NCBI GenBank assembly: GCA_963836075.1
Contig: CAWIIB010000001.1
Coordinates: 1,696,001 to 1,760,000 of the forward strand
Direction of reading: 5' to 3'
DNA: 64,000 nucleotides
Source: an uncultured Acidobacteriota bacterium
GTDB taxonomy: Bacteria > Acidobacteriota > JAQAZP01
Shown here piece by piece: positions 9,499 to 18,639 of the stretch; within the stretch, counting starts at the first letter, position 1, and each line of letters opens with the position of its first letter. The notes below the pieces were generated by a model. That model worked only from the letters and a program-made list of their open reading frames with translations. It did no database searches and had not been told where the DNA came from. Made by a program: the position numbers and the translations under genes.

Positions 9499-10602
9499 AT
9501 GATGAATCGTACCCCAATGAACATCGGATGCCGTATTCTGCTCGTCCTCGTCCTGGCCCATCTGCTGGTCTGTTCACCGCTCACCGCTCGTCAGAAGACC
9601 GACCTGGTGACGCTTAAAAACGGCGGCCGCCTGATGGTGGAGATCCGGTCGCTCGACCTGGGCCGGCTGGAGGCCAAGACCGACGAGATGGAAACGGTCT
9701 ACATCGACTGGAAAGAGATCGTTGAACTCACCAGCGAAAGCCAGTTCGAAGTGGAAGTGGAAAGCGGTGAACTATATTTCGGTGCGCTCGAGCCGGGCTC
9801 AGAGGAGGGGACCATGGTGGTCCGCGGAGACGGTGAGCCGGTCACCCTGGAGATGATCCGGGTGGTGCTCATCTACCCCCTGGAATCGAGTTTTTGGCGG
9901 CGGATCAAGGGATCGTTGAATATCGGCTATACCCTGAACAGCGGCAACAATCTCAAGCAGTTGACCCTTGGTCTTGACGCCGGATACCGGACACGCCGTT
10001 ATCACAGGCAGTTGAACATCAACTCCTACTTCAGCAGGCAGGACAACAACGATCCCATCGAGCAGAACCAGGGGGTGTTCGCCATCACCCGTAACCTGCG
10101 AAAGCATCCCAAGTGGGGCACAACGGCGATAGCGGCGATTCAGCAGAACAGCGAGCTGGGGCTCGATTACCGGGCCCTGGGAGGCTTATCATTAGGCCGC
10201 AGTATCGTGCAGACAAACCAGAACCTGTTCGTCATATCGGCCGGCTTTGTGGTCAACAGCGAGAAGTTCAGCGGCAATGAAGATACCGGAACGGAAGAGG
10301 ATCAGGATGATATCTATTCGTCCCAGGATGTGAATTGGGAAGGGCTGCTCATGGTCACCTATTACGCCTTCCGTTACCAGCACCCGAAAATGAAGGTCAA
10401 CGCAACATTGATGGTTCTCCCCGGCTTGAGCAATACCGACCGGCTCCGTCTCCAGTTCCAGGGTGGTGTGAGCTACGAGATTTTCAGAAACTTCACCGTC
10501 GGCCTCACGGCCTCCGAATCATACGATTCCCAGCCGCCGGTGGCCGGCGTGAAGTCCAACACGTACAACGTCGGCGCCACCATCGGCTGGAACTTCAACT
10601 AG
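9499..10602 (+). CDS. DUF481-family beta-barrel, paralog of 4702-5805
   Basis: Shared blocks KTD.V.L.NG, LIYPLE.SFW.RIKGS, PKWGT, NTDRLR.QFQGG.SYE, GATIG..FN; start approximate. Confidence 0.75.
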   Translation: MMNRTPMNIGCRILLVLVLAHLLVCSPLTARQKTDLVTLKNGGRLMVEIRSLDLGRLEAKTDEMETVYIDWKEIVELTSESQFEVEVESGELYFGALEPGSEEGTMVVRGDGEPVTLEMIRVVLIYPLESSFWRRIKGSLNIGYTLNSGNNLKQLTLGLDAGYRTRRYHRQLNINSYFSRQDNNDPIEQNQGVFAITRNLRKHPKWGTTAIAAIQQNSELGLDYRALGGLSLGRSIVQTNQNLFVISAGFVVNSEKFSGNEDTGTEEDQDDIYSSQDVNWEGLLMVTYYAFRYQHPKMKVNATLMVLPGLSNTDRLRLQFQGGVSYEIFRNFTVGLTASESYDSQPPVAGVKSNTYNVGATIGWNFN

Positions 10603-10869
10603 TGCTGAGTCATAAAACATATTGTTAACACGATCGCTCGACCTGGCCCCAGACCGAATACCGCTGAAGGTTCACCGCCGCCAGGGAGAACGACGGGAAC
10701 GGGCTTTACGGCTGAAGTATCCAACCAGGGTGCTATTGTTCCCAATAGATATCGACAAGCCGTTGTCTGTGATCGGATCAGGGGCTCTGAACTCCTGCGG
10801 AAAGAAATAGAAACGAGTGGGCCAGAGCCTGGGGGAAATCGGCCTCACGAATGAGACGGGAGTAATACC

Positions 10870-12168
10870 ATGAGAACGAAACATTCACCCACCAGAAGAA
10901 TCCGGCCGGTCATGTCCTGTCTGTTTTGTATCTGCGCCGTCTTGCTGATGACGGCCACCGGATGCAGTTTTGGCAAGCTCAAAAATGATGTGGAAGAATT
11001 GGAGGCCGTGGGGCTGATTTCCGGGACCGTGAGCGCTCCGGGCGGGACCGGGGGCGTCTACGTGATGCTGTTCTCGGAAACCGATAAGGGGCTTGAAAAA
11101 CAGGGCACCAATACCCTCTCGCCATTTATGGACACCTGGGCCTTCACCGTTCAGACCGGCATTCGGTACTATGTGGCCGGGTTCCGCGATCTCGATGGAG
11201 ATCGCCTCTACTCCCCGGGAGAGCCGGCAGGACTGCTCGGTGACGACGAAGCATATGTCATGGAACAGCAAACACGGGCCTACGGCATCCCGCTCGAGTT
11301 GAAAACCGACGCGACAATCCCCGACCGCTTCAACCTCGATGCCCGGGAAGGGCTCCTCTCTATAGATGCCGGTGTGCAAATCGTGGCCGGCGATATCATT
11401 GATTTCGATGAAGAACGCTTTTCCTCCAAGCAATCCGGGGAGGGAATGTGGACTCCGTTGACCGCCATCCTGAGCACCGGCGTGGGGATCTATTTCCTCG
11501 GTGAATTCGATCCGGAGAAAATCCCGGTGCTCTTCGTCCACGGCATCGGCGGAACACCGGCGGAATTCCGGGGCCTGGCCGAAAGCCTCGACCAGGAGCG
11601 CTTCCAGCCCTGGTTCTTCCACTATCCTTCCGGGTTCCGGCTCTATGCCACAGGCAAGTGGCTCAAAGAGCAGGTCGATGATCTACGCCTGAAACTCGGC
11701 TTCGATAAGATCTATGTGGTGGCCCACAGCATGGGCGGCCTCGTCAGTCGCTCTTTCATTCAACAGGAGGCGAGAAACGCCGAGTCCCAGGACCTGGTGA
11801 AGCTCTTCGTCACCATTGCCACGCCTCTCCAGGGTCATGCCGCCGCGGAGTTCGGGCTGAAATACACCCCTGAACCGGTCCCGGCCTGGATCGACATGGC
11901 ACCGGGAAGCGATTTCCTGAACAACCTGAAGAAGCCCCTGCCGGAGAGCATTTCATACTACATCCTCTTCACCTTCCGCCGGGGCAGCACATCGTTGATG
12001 GGCGGGAGCCACGACAGTGTCGTCTCGGTGATGAGTCAGATCCCCCTCTGGGCCCAGGAGGAAGCGGTGCGGATCAGAGGGTATGACGAGGACCACGAGA
12101 GTGTCCTCGTTTCCGCCGATGCAACGGCCGAACTGAACAGGATCCTGGCTGAGGTGACGTCGGAGTAA
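10870..12168 (+). CDS. alpha/beta hydrolase lipoprotein (lipase/PGAP1-like)
   Basis: Lipobox-like ATGC; PVLFVHGIGG oxyanion motif, AHSMGG nucleophile elbow, DSVV and DHESVL candidate catalytic Asp/His. Confidence 0.85.
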   Translation: MRTKHSPTRRIRPVMSCLFCICAVLLMTATGCSFGKLKNDVEELEAVGLISGTVSAPGGTGGVYVMLFSETDKGLEKQGTNTLSPFMDTWAFTVQTGIRYYVAGFRDLDGDRLYSPGEPAGLLGDDEAYVMEQQTRAYGIPLELKTDATIPDRFNLDAREGLLSIDAGVQIVAGDIIDFDEERFSSKQSGEGMWTPLTAILSTGVGIYFLGEFDPEKIPVLFVHGIGGTPAEFRGLAESLDQERFQPWFFHYPSGFRLYATGKWLKEQVDDLRLKLGFDKIYVVAHSMGGLVSRSFIQQEARNAESQDLVKLFVTIATPLQGHAAAEFGLKYTPEPVPAWIDMAPGSDFLNNLKKPLPESISYYILFTFRRGSTSLMGGSHDSVVSVMSQIPLWAQEEAVRIRGYDEDHESVLVSADATAELNRILAEVTSE

Positions 12169-12289
12169 GCATGGCCCAGGTTCCTCACCACTCTCTCCAG
12201 ACCATGATCTGCAATCGACTGGCGGCGTGAAGACAATAAAATGGGGACAGGAGCGGGGCTCGCAACAGTGTTATCGTTCCCCACTGGTC

Positions 12290-12445
12290 CGCGATGTGGC
12301 GCAGGTCAAGGCGGAGCTGTCCCAGTTGTCCGCCGACGTGCGCAGCATTCACGGTGCGTTTAAGTCCTTTTCCGACGTGACGACGAAAACGCTTGTCCCG
12401 CTGCTGGGAATGGTGTTCAAGTTCGGGAAGAAGGACAAGTATTGA
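12290..12445 (+). pseudogene. duplicated 3' fragment of the holin-like gene (repeat copy 2)
   Basis: Encodes RDVAQVKAELSQLSADVRSIHGAFKSF..KKDKY, nearly identical to the C-terminus of 7279-7758, with no homologous 5' part. Confidence 0.85.
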
Positions 12446-12476
12446 ACCGGTGCTGCGCGTCACGCCCGGCGCACTC

Positions 12477-12513
12477 AAAAAAGGCCGGCTCCCGCTTGCC
12501 AGGGAGCCGGCCT
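12477..12513 (-). terminator. rho-independent terminator
   Basis: AGGCCGGCTCCC-loop-GGGAGCCGGCCT followed by a T run on the minus strand, downstream of 12554-13954. Confidence 0.85.
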
Positions 12514-12553
12514 CATTCACCCCGTTCAGATCTCAGGGCATTTCCAATTCAGG

Positions 12554-13954
12554 TCAGTCACAGGTGGTGGTCACGGTGCAGCTGTCGGTCTGTTCCACCA
12601 TGGTGGCGGTGTCCGTACCGGTGAGGTCGAACACCAGGTCGCAGTTGCAGGTGGTGGAGGCGTATGCCGGGATCGGCATGGTCCACTGGATGGCGTAGGT
12701 CTCGTCAACGCTCAGCACGGTGGTGCCGGTCCGCACGTCGGTAAAGGTGTTCCCGTTGCAGATGGTGGCATCCATGTGAGCCTGGATCTGGATCATCGAA
12801 TCGCTGGTGTTGGTCAGCTCGACGAGGAAAGAACCGTTGCCGGGCAGGCTCACCGCCGGGGTCAGACAGTCGATGTTCACGTCAAAGGTGGCCGTCGCGG
12901 GCAGGGTCACCCGGTAGGCCCAGAGGGTGAAGTCAATGAGGTCGTAGCAATGTCCGATGATGGTGCGTCCGTCACCGGAGATGTAGGCGATCTCCATCCA
13001 GTAGTTCTCATGGCCGGTCATGCCCATGCCGGTCAGGTAGTCGACGAGCGGCATCATTCCGGTCTCTTCGGTCCAGATGAAGGCCTGCTTGATCGAGCTG
13101 GAGGGCCCACTGTTGCCGGTGACCACACTGCCGTCGTCAGTCACTGCGTAGGCCCGGGACTGCGGATCAAAACCGTGGTCGAGGATGCCGATGTTGACCG
13201 CGCCGGTCTCAGCCGTCCAGATCCAGGCCTCGTTGAACAGCGGGCCGGCGGCGGGGCCGCCCACCAGCACCGAACCGTCGGGGGTGGAGTCGTATGCCTC
13301 ACCCACTTCGAAGCCGCTGGTGGCGTCCCACAGCACGTGCTGGGTGCCGTCTGCATCCCAGTAGCAGCCCTGGCGAAAACCGTAGGACATCTCCTGCCAG
13401 CCGTAGATCACCGAGCCGTCCTCGGAGATGCCGTTAGCCCGGCTGTTCCGGTCTACCACGGTGCTTCCCAGGTCCACCATGCCGGTCTCCGCCGTGTAGG
13501 AAAAAGCGCGGGCAATGCTGCAGCCGTCCCAGGCCAGACCGACAATCGTGGATCCGTCGTCGGAAATGCCGTAGGTGCTGCTGAGCATATAGTCACAGGG
13601 CATTCCGGCGCCGATGCTGCCCAGGGTCTGCCACGAGGTGCCGCCGAGCCAGATGCCGGCGTTCCAGTAACCGTCGACATCGACGGCGTTGCCGGCGATG
13701 GCCGAGCCGTCGGCGTTGATTCTCGGCCCGCCGCTGGAGGTGAAGCCGCCCAGGTCCACCAGCGTGTTCTCGGGCGTCCACATCACGGTGTTCCAGTTGC
13801 CGCTGGCCTGGTCGATACCCAGGAGGGTGCGGCCATCGTCCGTCATGTCGGTGAGTTTGACGTTTGTCGTCAGCAGTTCGAAAGTGGGGACCTGCGCGGC
13901 AGCCATGCCGCAGATGGTGAACAGAGCCATGGTGATCGCTGCAAACCGTTTCAT
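12554..13954 (-). CDS. secreted HAF-repeat-like beta-propeller protein with a divergent copy of the shared C-terminal domain
   Basis: Signal peptide; repeats GISDDGSTIVG..ARAF.YT.ETGMVDLG; last ~110 aa align with the shared C-terminal domain; AAGGAGG RBS. Confidence 0.8.
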   Translation of the reverse strand: MKRFAAITMALFTICGMAAAQVPTFELLTTNVKLTDMTDDGRTLLGIDQASGNWNTVMWTPENTLVDLGGFTSSGGPRINADGSAIAGNAVDVDGYWNAGIWLGGTSWQTLGSIGAGMPCDYMLSSTYGISDDGSTIVGLAWDGCSIARAFSYTAETGMVDLGSTVVDRNSRANGISEDGSVIYGWQEMSYGFRQGCYWDADGTQHVLWDATSGFEVGEAYDSTPDGSVLVGGPAAGPLFNEAWIWTAETGAVNIGILDHGFDPQSRAYAVTDDGSVVTGNSGPSSSIKQAFIWTEETGMMPLVDYLTGMGMTGHENYWMEIAYISGDGRTIIGHCYDLIDFTLWAYRVTLPATATFDVNIDCLTPAVSLPGNGSFLVELTNTSDSMIQIQAHMDATICNGNTFTDVRTGTTVLSVDETYAIQWTMPIPAYASTTCNCDLVFDLTGTDTATMVEQTDSCTVTTTCD

Positions 13955-14104
13955 CGAGAATCCTCCTTGTTGAAAACGGTTCGACCGTTTTCCCGCCCGG
14001 CACCTCTATGGGCCGCCTCCAGCGGCCCACTGCCGGCAGGATTGTGGTCGTGTAATTCGAATCCACCGTTTCCGGTGGCTTCCTTGCCTGTAGCACCTTA
14101 GTAG

Positions 14105-14121
14105 AGCAAGCCCTGTGCCAA
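14105..14121 (-). promoter_or_regulatory. sigma54 -24/-12 promoter
   Basis: Minus strand TTGGCACAGGGCTTGCT matches TGGCAC-N5-TTGCW; adjacent to an enhancer-binding protein gene. Confidence 0.85.
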
Positions 14122-14160
14122 CCTGGCAAGGACAGGGAATATTCACGACAAGCTATTATT

Positions 14161-14173
14161 TATCAGTTGTTTA
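14161..14173 (+). promoter_or_regulatory. IHF-like binding site
   Basis: TATCAGTTGTTTA matches WATCAR-N4-TTR and lies between the sigma54 promoter and the putative UAS. Confidence 0.55.
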
Positions 14174-14219
14174 ATCGTATAGCAGGAAAGGGATATTAAA
14201 CAGTAGGACAGGAAGGACT

Positions 14220-14253
14220 CGCGAAATATCAGGAAATTCGTGATATTTCACGA
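14220..14253. promoter_or_regulatory. putative upstream activator sequences
   Basis: GAAATATC...GATATTTC dyad including CGTGA-N4-TCACG, ~100-130 bp upstream of the sigma54 promoter. Confidence 0.5.
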
Positions 14254-14313
14254 GTCGTCTGGGCCCGTAATGGGATGGGGAAATGGCCCTGAATCGCGTA
14301 TCCGGGGTGGGCA

Positions 14314-16248
14314 TCACCGGTTTGGTCGCCGGATTCCGTGCTTGCGCATCCTTGACTCGAGGGTGGAGGGGTTGAGGTTGAGGGTCTCGGCGGCGCCGCC
14401 GCGGCCGCTGACCCGCCAGCCGCACTGCTCGAGGATAGCCAGGATATGCGCCCGTTCCACCTCCTCGAGGCTTTGCCCCGCCGCACCCACCGCCGCCAGC
14501 GACACCGGCAGGTCCACCCGCAGGGCTCCTCCCGGACTGATGATCATGCCCCGCTCGATCACGTTCCTCAGCTCGCGCACGTTGCCCGGCCAGTTGCAGG
14601 CCTGGAGCCGTTCGAGAACGGACCGGGGAATGCGCTCGATCACCTTGCCCATCGTCTCGGAAAAATCCTGGACAAAGGCCCAGACCAGCGGCGGGATATC
14701 CTCACGCCGCTCACGGAGCGGCGGCACGGAGATGGGAAAGACATTGAGCCGGTAATAGAGGTCTTCGCGAAAACGGCCCTCCCGCATTTCCGTCGCCAGG
14801 TCGCGGTTGGTGGCCGCAATGACCCGCGTATCCACGGTGAGTGTTTTCGTACTGCCCAGCCGCTCGAACCGGCCGTCCTGCAGCACGCGGAGCAGCTTGG
14901 CCTGCAGCTCGAGCGGCAGTTCGCCCACCTCGTCGAGGAAGATGGTCGACGCGTCGGCCAGCTCGAACCGTCCGGCCTGGCTGGTCAGCGCCCCGGTGTA
15001 TGCCCCCTCGGCACGGCCGAAGAGCTCGCTCTCCATCAGGGTGGAGGGCAGGGCGGCGCAGTTGACCTTGACCATCACGCGCTCTCTGCGGTCGCTCAGG
15101 TTGTGAAGCGCCCGGGCCACCAGCTCCTTTCCGGTGCCGGTCTCGCCGGTGATCAGCACCGTGGCCTCGGTGGCCGCCACCTGCTCCACCTGGCGGAGGA
15201 TACCCTTGATGGCCCGGCTGCGGCCCACGATCTCGTCGTGGGTGTGCTCCAGGCTTATCTCCTCCCTGAGGTAGATGTTTTCGGATTCCAGACGTTGCTG
15301 GAGCGCCCGGACCTCCTGGTCTGCCCGCTGCCGTTCCAGGGCGCTGGCGAAAGTCTCACCCACCAGCCGCATCTGTTCCACCAGGTCCTCGGGAAAGCGG
15401 AGTTCCTTGCGGGCATCGATGGAGATGTAGCCCATTGTCCGGCCGCCGGCGCTGAGCGGGATGCAGAGATCCGACTGCAACCCGGTCTCTTCGCAATAGC
15501 GGCGTTCCTCCTCCGCTTCCGGGGGGAGATCGTCGGGGGATTCCATACGGAAGGTTCTGCCGGCGAGAAGCACCGAGGCGAAATAGGGCAAAGGCGATTC
15601 CATGATACCTTTGTCGTACGGGTTGAGGTCGGACCTGGAGTAGGAGTGGGTGACCTGGAATTGACCGCTCTCGCCGATGTGGAACAGGGTGCCCCGGTCG
15701 CTGCCGAGATACTCCACCACCTCCTTGAGCCCCTCCTCGATCTGCTGATCCACCTTCTCGGGTTCGATGTTGACGAAACGGTTGGAGAGCGTCGAGATCA
15801 GCCGCTGGAACCCGAGGCGTTCGGCCAGTTCCTGCTCGTGTTGCTTGCGCAGCGTGTTGTCTTCAACCACCAGACAGATGCCCCCGCCGTTATCACCGCC
15901 CACGGGAAGTGGTTTCACGCTGACCACCCAATGGCGAATGGCGTCGTTAACTGCGGGCCCCTGTATCTCCACGTGTTCAGCGGTCTCACCCGACTCCAGC
16001 ACCAGCCGGCAAATCGGTTCGAGAAGTGAGGATATCGAGTGCGGAAGCATCTCCCCCAGGGTGCGGCCGAGGTGCTCCTCCGGGGGCCGCTCGTCGATCT
16101 CGGCCATCCGGTCATTGATGCTGACAAACCGGAGATCGCGGTCCAGGGCGCAGAGGCCCAGGGGGGCCACCCGGCCGGCCAGGGCCATCAGCTCCTTCTC
16201 GGATCGATCGCCACCCTCGCTGGAGGAAGGTTGCTGCTCGCTGTCCAT
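14314..16248 (-). CDS. sigma54-dependent enhancer-binding protein (PAS-GAF-AAA+-Fis HTH, FhlA-like)
   Basis: [39 protein letters not shown]-terminal HTH. Confidence 0.95.
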   Translation of the reverse strand: MDSEQQPSSSEGGDRSEKELMALAGRVAPLGLCALDRDLRFVSINDRMAEIDERPPEEHLGRTLGEMLPHSISSLLEPICRLVLESGETAEHVEIQGPAVNDAIRHWVVSVKPLPVGGDNGGGICLVVEDNTLRKQHEQELAERLGFQRLISTLSNRFVNIEPEKVDQQIEEGLKEVVEYLGSDRGTLFHIGESGQFQVTHSYSRSDLNPYDKGIMESPLPYFASVLLAGRTFRMESPDDLPPEAEEERRYCEETGLQSDLCIPLSAGGRTMGYISIDARKELRFPEDLVEQMRLVGETFASALERQRADQEVRALQQRLESENIYLREEISLEHTHDEIVGRSRAIKGILRQVEQVAATEATVLITGETGTGKELVARALHNLSDRRERVMVKVNCAALPSTLMESELFGRAEGAYTGALTSQAGRFELADASTIFLDEVGELPLELQAKLLRVLQDGRFERLGSTKTLTVDTRVIAATNRDLATEMREGRFREDLYYRLNVFPISVPPLRERREDIPPLVWAFVQDFSETMGKVIERIPRSVLERLQACNWPGNVRELRNVIERGMIISPGGALRVDLPVSLAAVGAAGQSLEEVERAHILAILEQCGWRVSGRGGAAETLNLNPSTLESRMRKHGIRRPNR

Positions 16249-16450
16249 CACGTCCCCCCGAAATTCGAGAACATTCACCGGGAACAGTGTAGTCGCTCGG
16301 CTCGATCATCTTCAACTGATCTGCGGCATTCTGACTGCTGCTGCAGCCAGCTTCGGCGAGATGGAATTCAAGTTCGTGCTGTCTCGGGGTGTGGTGAAGA
16401 ATGATTTCCTCACCGCTCCCCGGCGGGGTCCGGGGAGCGGTGGTCGGGGT

Positions 16451-17179
16451 TTACTTTTCCTCGATGCTGACCCGGGTTCTGGCCTGGTCCAGGGTCAACC
16501 GGCCCGAACTGTATTCCCGCAGGTCACCCATCCGCGCCTTGAACACCAGTCGCTCGGGGCCGTCCCCGTCATAGCCGAAACCGTCGAGGAAGGCGGCCAC
16601 CACCACCCACTGGTCGTCGGTGAGCTCGCCCAGGGTGGCGCCGTAGTCGAGCAGCGCCTCGCTCAGTTCGATCTTCAGGCCGGCCAGGTGCTCCCGGGCC
16701 TCCTTGGCCCTTTCCTCACGCCTCACATCCCAGCTCTCGGCCAGGTCCTCCACCGAACTGGGGACCCGGACTTCCTCCTCACCGCTTTTCGGGGCCTTGG
16801 GCGGCTTGGGCGGCGGTGCTGGTGAGGGCACCGTCCACTCGCCGCCCCCGGAGACAAAGGCGCGGTTGGAATTCCCCAGCGCGAAGTAGCCCAGGCCGCC
16901 GCCGGTGAGTGAGCCCTCGAAGGTGAACAGGGCCCCGTAACCGTCGAGGAACAGTCCGCGGGTGGCCCCGTTTCCCGAGACAAAGATATTGGGGCTTTCG
17001 CCGAGCACCTCGTCAAAGATCTTCTCCAGCACGTTCATCTTGCGCGCCATCCGCTGGCTGTCGCCATCGGGCGGAGCGCTCCAGACACCGGCCAGCCCGG
17101 AGAGGGCGAAGGTCAGCGCCATGGTCAGGGCCAAGGTGGCCACCCTGTTTCTGGTCACACTACTGCTGCTGTTCATCAA
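16451..17179 (-). CDS. secreted hypothetical protein co-transcribed with ECF sigma/anti-sigma
   Basis: N-terminal hydrophobic segment, Pro-rich linker; overlaps the upstream gene by 4 nt. Confidence 0.7.
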   Translation of the reverse strand: MMNSSSSVTRNRVATLALTMALTFALSGLAGVWSAPPDGDSQRMARKMNVLEKIFDEVLGESPNIFVSGNGATRGLFLDGYGALFTFEGSLTGGGLGYFALGNSNRAFVSGGGEWTVPSPAPPPKPPKAPKSGEEEVRVPSSVEDLAESWDVRREERAKEAREHLAGLKIELSEALLDYGATLGELTDDQWVVVAAFLDGFGYDGDGPERLVFKARMGDLREYSSGRLTLDQARTRVSIEEK

Positions 17180-17883
17180 TTTTCCTCCACCGGATTCAGG
17201 GTCTGCCGGGGCCGCTGCTGCGCGGAGGCCAGGCCATAGGCCACCAGCTCCACGCGAGCCCGCAGATCCTCGTAGTTTTTCTGCTGGTGCAGGGATAGTT
17301 CCTGCTGCTGCATGTTCAGGGCTTCGAGAAAGCCGCGTACCAGCACCGCCTGCTCTCCGGAGCGGCGCTCTTCCATCACGGTGAGGCGTTGATCAGTCGC
17401 CTGCACCAGTTCACGGGCAAATAGAGCGAAATCGCCCCGGGTCATGACAACGTCGTTGCCGGCCGGCTGCAGGCCCGCCTGCTCCTCCGGGGCCCCGGAG
17501 AAACCGACGAGCCAGCCGTGGGCGGTGCGGTCCACCCGCAGGCCGCTGAAGAGCAGCACGGCAAAAATCGCGGCGGCCGCTGAAAACCCGGCAGCCACAC
17601 CGAACCACCGCCGCCAGGGTCCGGGAAGCAGGCGTCCGCTCTCCTGCTCCTCCCCGGGTGACAGGTCCACCGGCAGGGTGAAGCTGAACTCCACCTCGTC
17701 CTCCTCGCTGCCGGCCACGCTGAGGAAGTTCCTGGTGCCCCGCAGTTCATCCCACTCGGCACGCAGTTCCTCGCTCTCCTCCAGCGATTCCTCGAACCGC
17801 TTCATCTCTTCGGTGCTGAGTTCGCCGTAGAGGGCCGAGATCATCCTCTCCCGCAACGGGTCAAGCGGTCTGTCTTCAGTCAT
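17176..17883 (-). CDS. putative anti-sigma factor (single TM)
   Basis: ALYGELS.EE...FE..L N-terminal helix typical of anti-sigma domains, then a TM; GGAGG RBS; overlaps the sigma stop. Confidence 0.7.
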   Translation of the reverse strand: MTEDRPLDPLRERMISALYGELSTEEMKRFEESLEESEELRAEWDELRGTRNFLSVAGSEEDEVEFSFTLPVDLSPGEEQESGRLLPGPWRRWFGVAAGFSAAAAIFAVLLFSGLRVDRTAHGWLVGFSGAPEEQAGLQPAGNDVVMTRGDFALFARELVQATDQRLTVMEERRSGEQAVLVRGFLEALNMQQQELSLHQQKNYEDLRARVELVAYGLASAQQRPRQTLNPVEEN

Positions 17884-18511
17884 CTCTGGTCCCTCCTTCG
17901 CCGAACGGCCGCCCGGCCACTCCGTATTCCGGAAGCATCCCGCGCAGGGCCCGCAGGCCGTAATAGATCCGCGAACGGACCGTGCCCGCCGGGACCCCGG
18001 TGATCCGGGCGATCTCCTCCGAGTTGAACCCCTGCACCTCGCGGAGCAGGATCGCCGTGCGCTGTTCCAGCGGCAGCCGCCCCAGCGCCTCGCGCAGCAC
18101 CAGGGAAAGGTCGGCCCGCTGCCCCTCCGCCAGAGACCCGGCCGCCGCAGCCGCATCCAGTTCCCCACCGCCGGTGTGGGGCAAGGGTCTCACCACTTTG
18201 GCGGCCTTCATGTTTCCACGGCCCCGGTCACGACAGAGATTGAGCGCGATCTGGTGGATCCAGGATCTGAAGTGGCGGGGTTCGCGCAGGCGGCCGACGT
18301 TGAGAAAGGCCTTGAGCAGTGTCTCCTGGCAGGCGTCCCGCGCTTCCTCGTCATCCCCCAGCAGACGGCGGAGAAAGCGGAACAGCGCGCCCTGCTGACG
18401 TTTGGCCAGCAGGCCGAAGGCCCGGCGGCTCCCCTCCTGGGAAAGAACCGTCAACTGGGTGTCGCTCATGGTCTCCACGCTCAGGCCTCCATTCGGGTTT
18501 TCGCCTTTCAC
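17876..18511 (-). CDS. ECF RNA polymerase sigma factor
   Basis: D..QETLLKAF, FRSWIHQIALNLCRD, LP..QRTAILLREVQG..SEEIA....GTVRSRI; start GTG 18511 or ATG 18469. Confidence 0.9.
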   Translation of the reverse strand: MKGENPNGGLSVETMSDTQLTVLSQEGSRRAFGLLAKRQQGALFRFLRRLLGDDEEARDACQETLLKAFLNVGRLREPRHFRSWIHQIALNLCRDRGRGNMKAAKVVRPLPHTGGGELDAAAAAGSLAEGQRADLSLVLREALGRLPLEQRTAILLREVQGFNSEEIARITGVPAGTVRSRIYYGLRALRGMLPEYGVAGRPFGEGGTRDD

Positions 18512-18519
18512 CTGTATAA

Positions 18520-18546
18520 GACGCAAGCGGGCCGCAAACTGTTGAA
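18520..18546 (-). promoter_or_regulatory. putative ECF autoregulatory promoter
   Basis: Minus strand TTCAAC-N17-CGTC, ending 8 nt before the GTG start. Confidence 0.5.
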
Positions 18547-18639
18547 CGAAAAACAAGCTGTTTGATTTTTTCCCGCCGCGGAGTAGCATATCCCCTGTCC
18601 GACAGGTTCCCGAAGAAGAACTCGCAAAGGGGCTGAACC

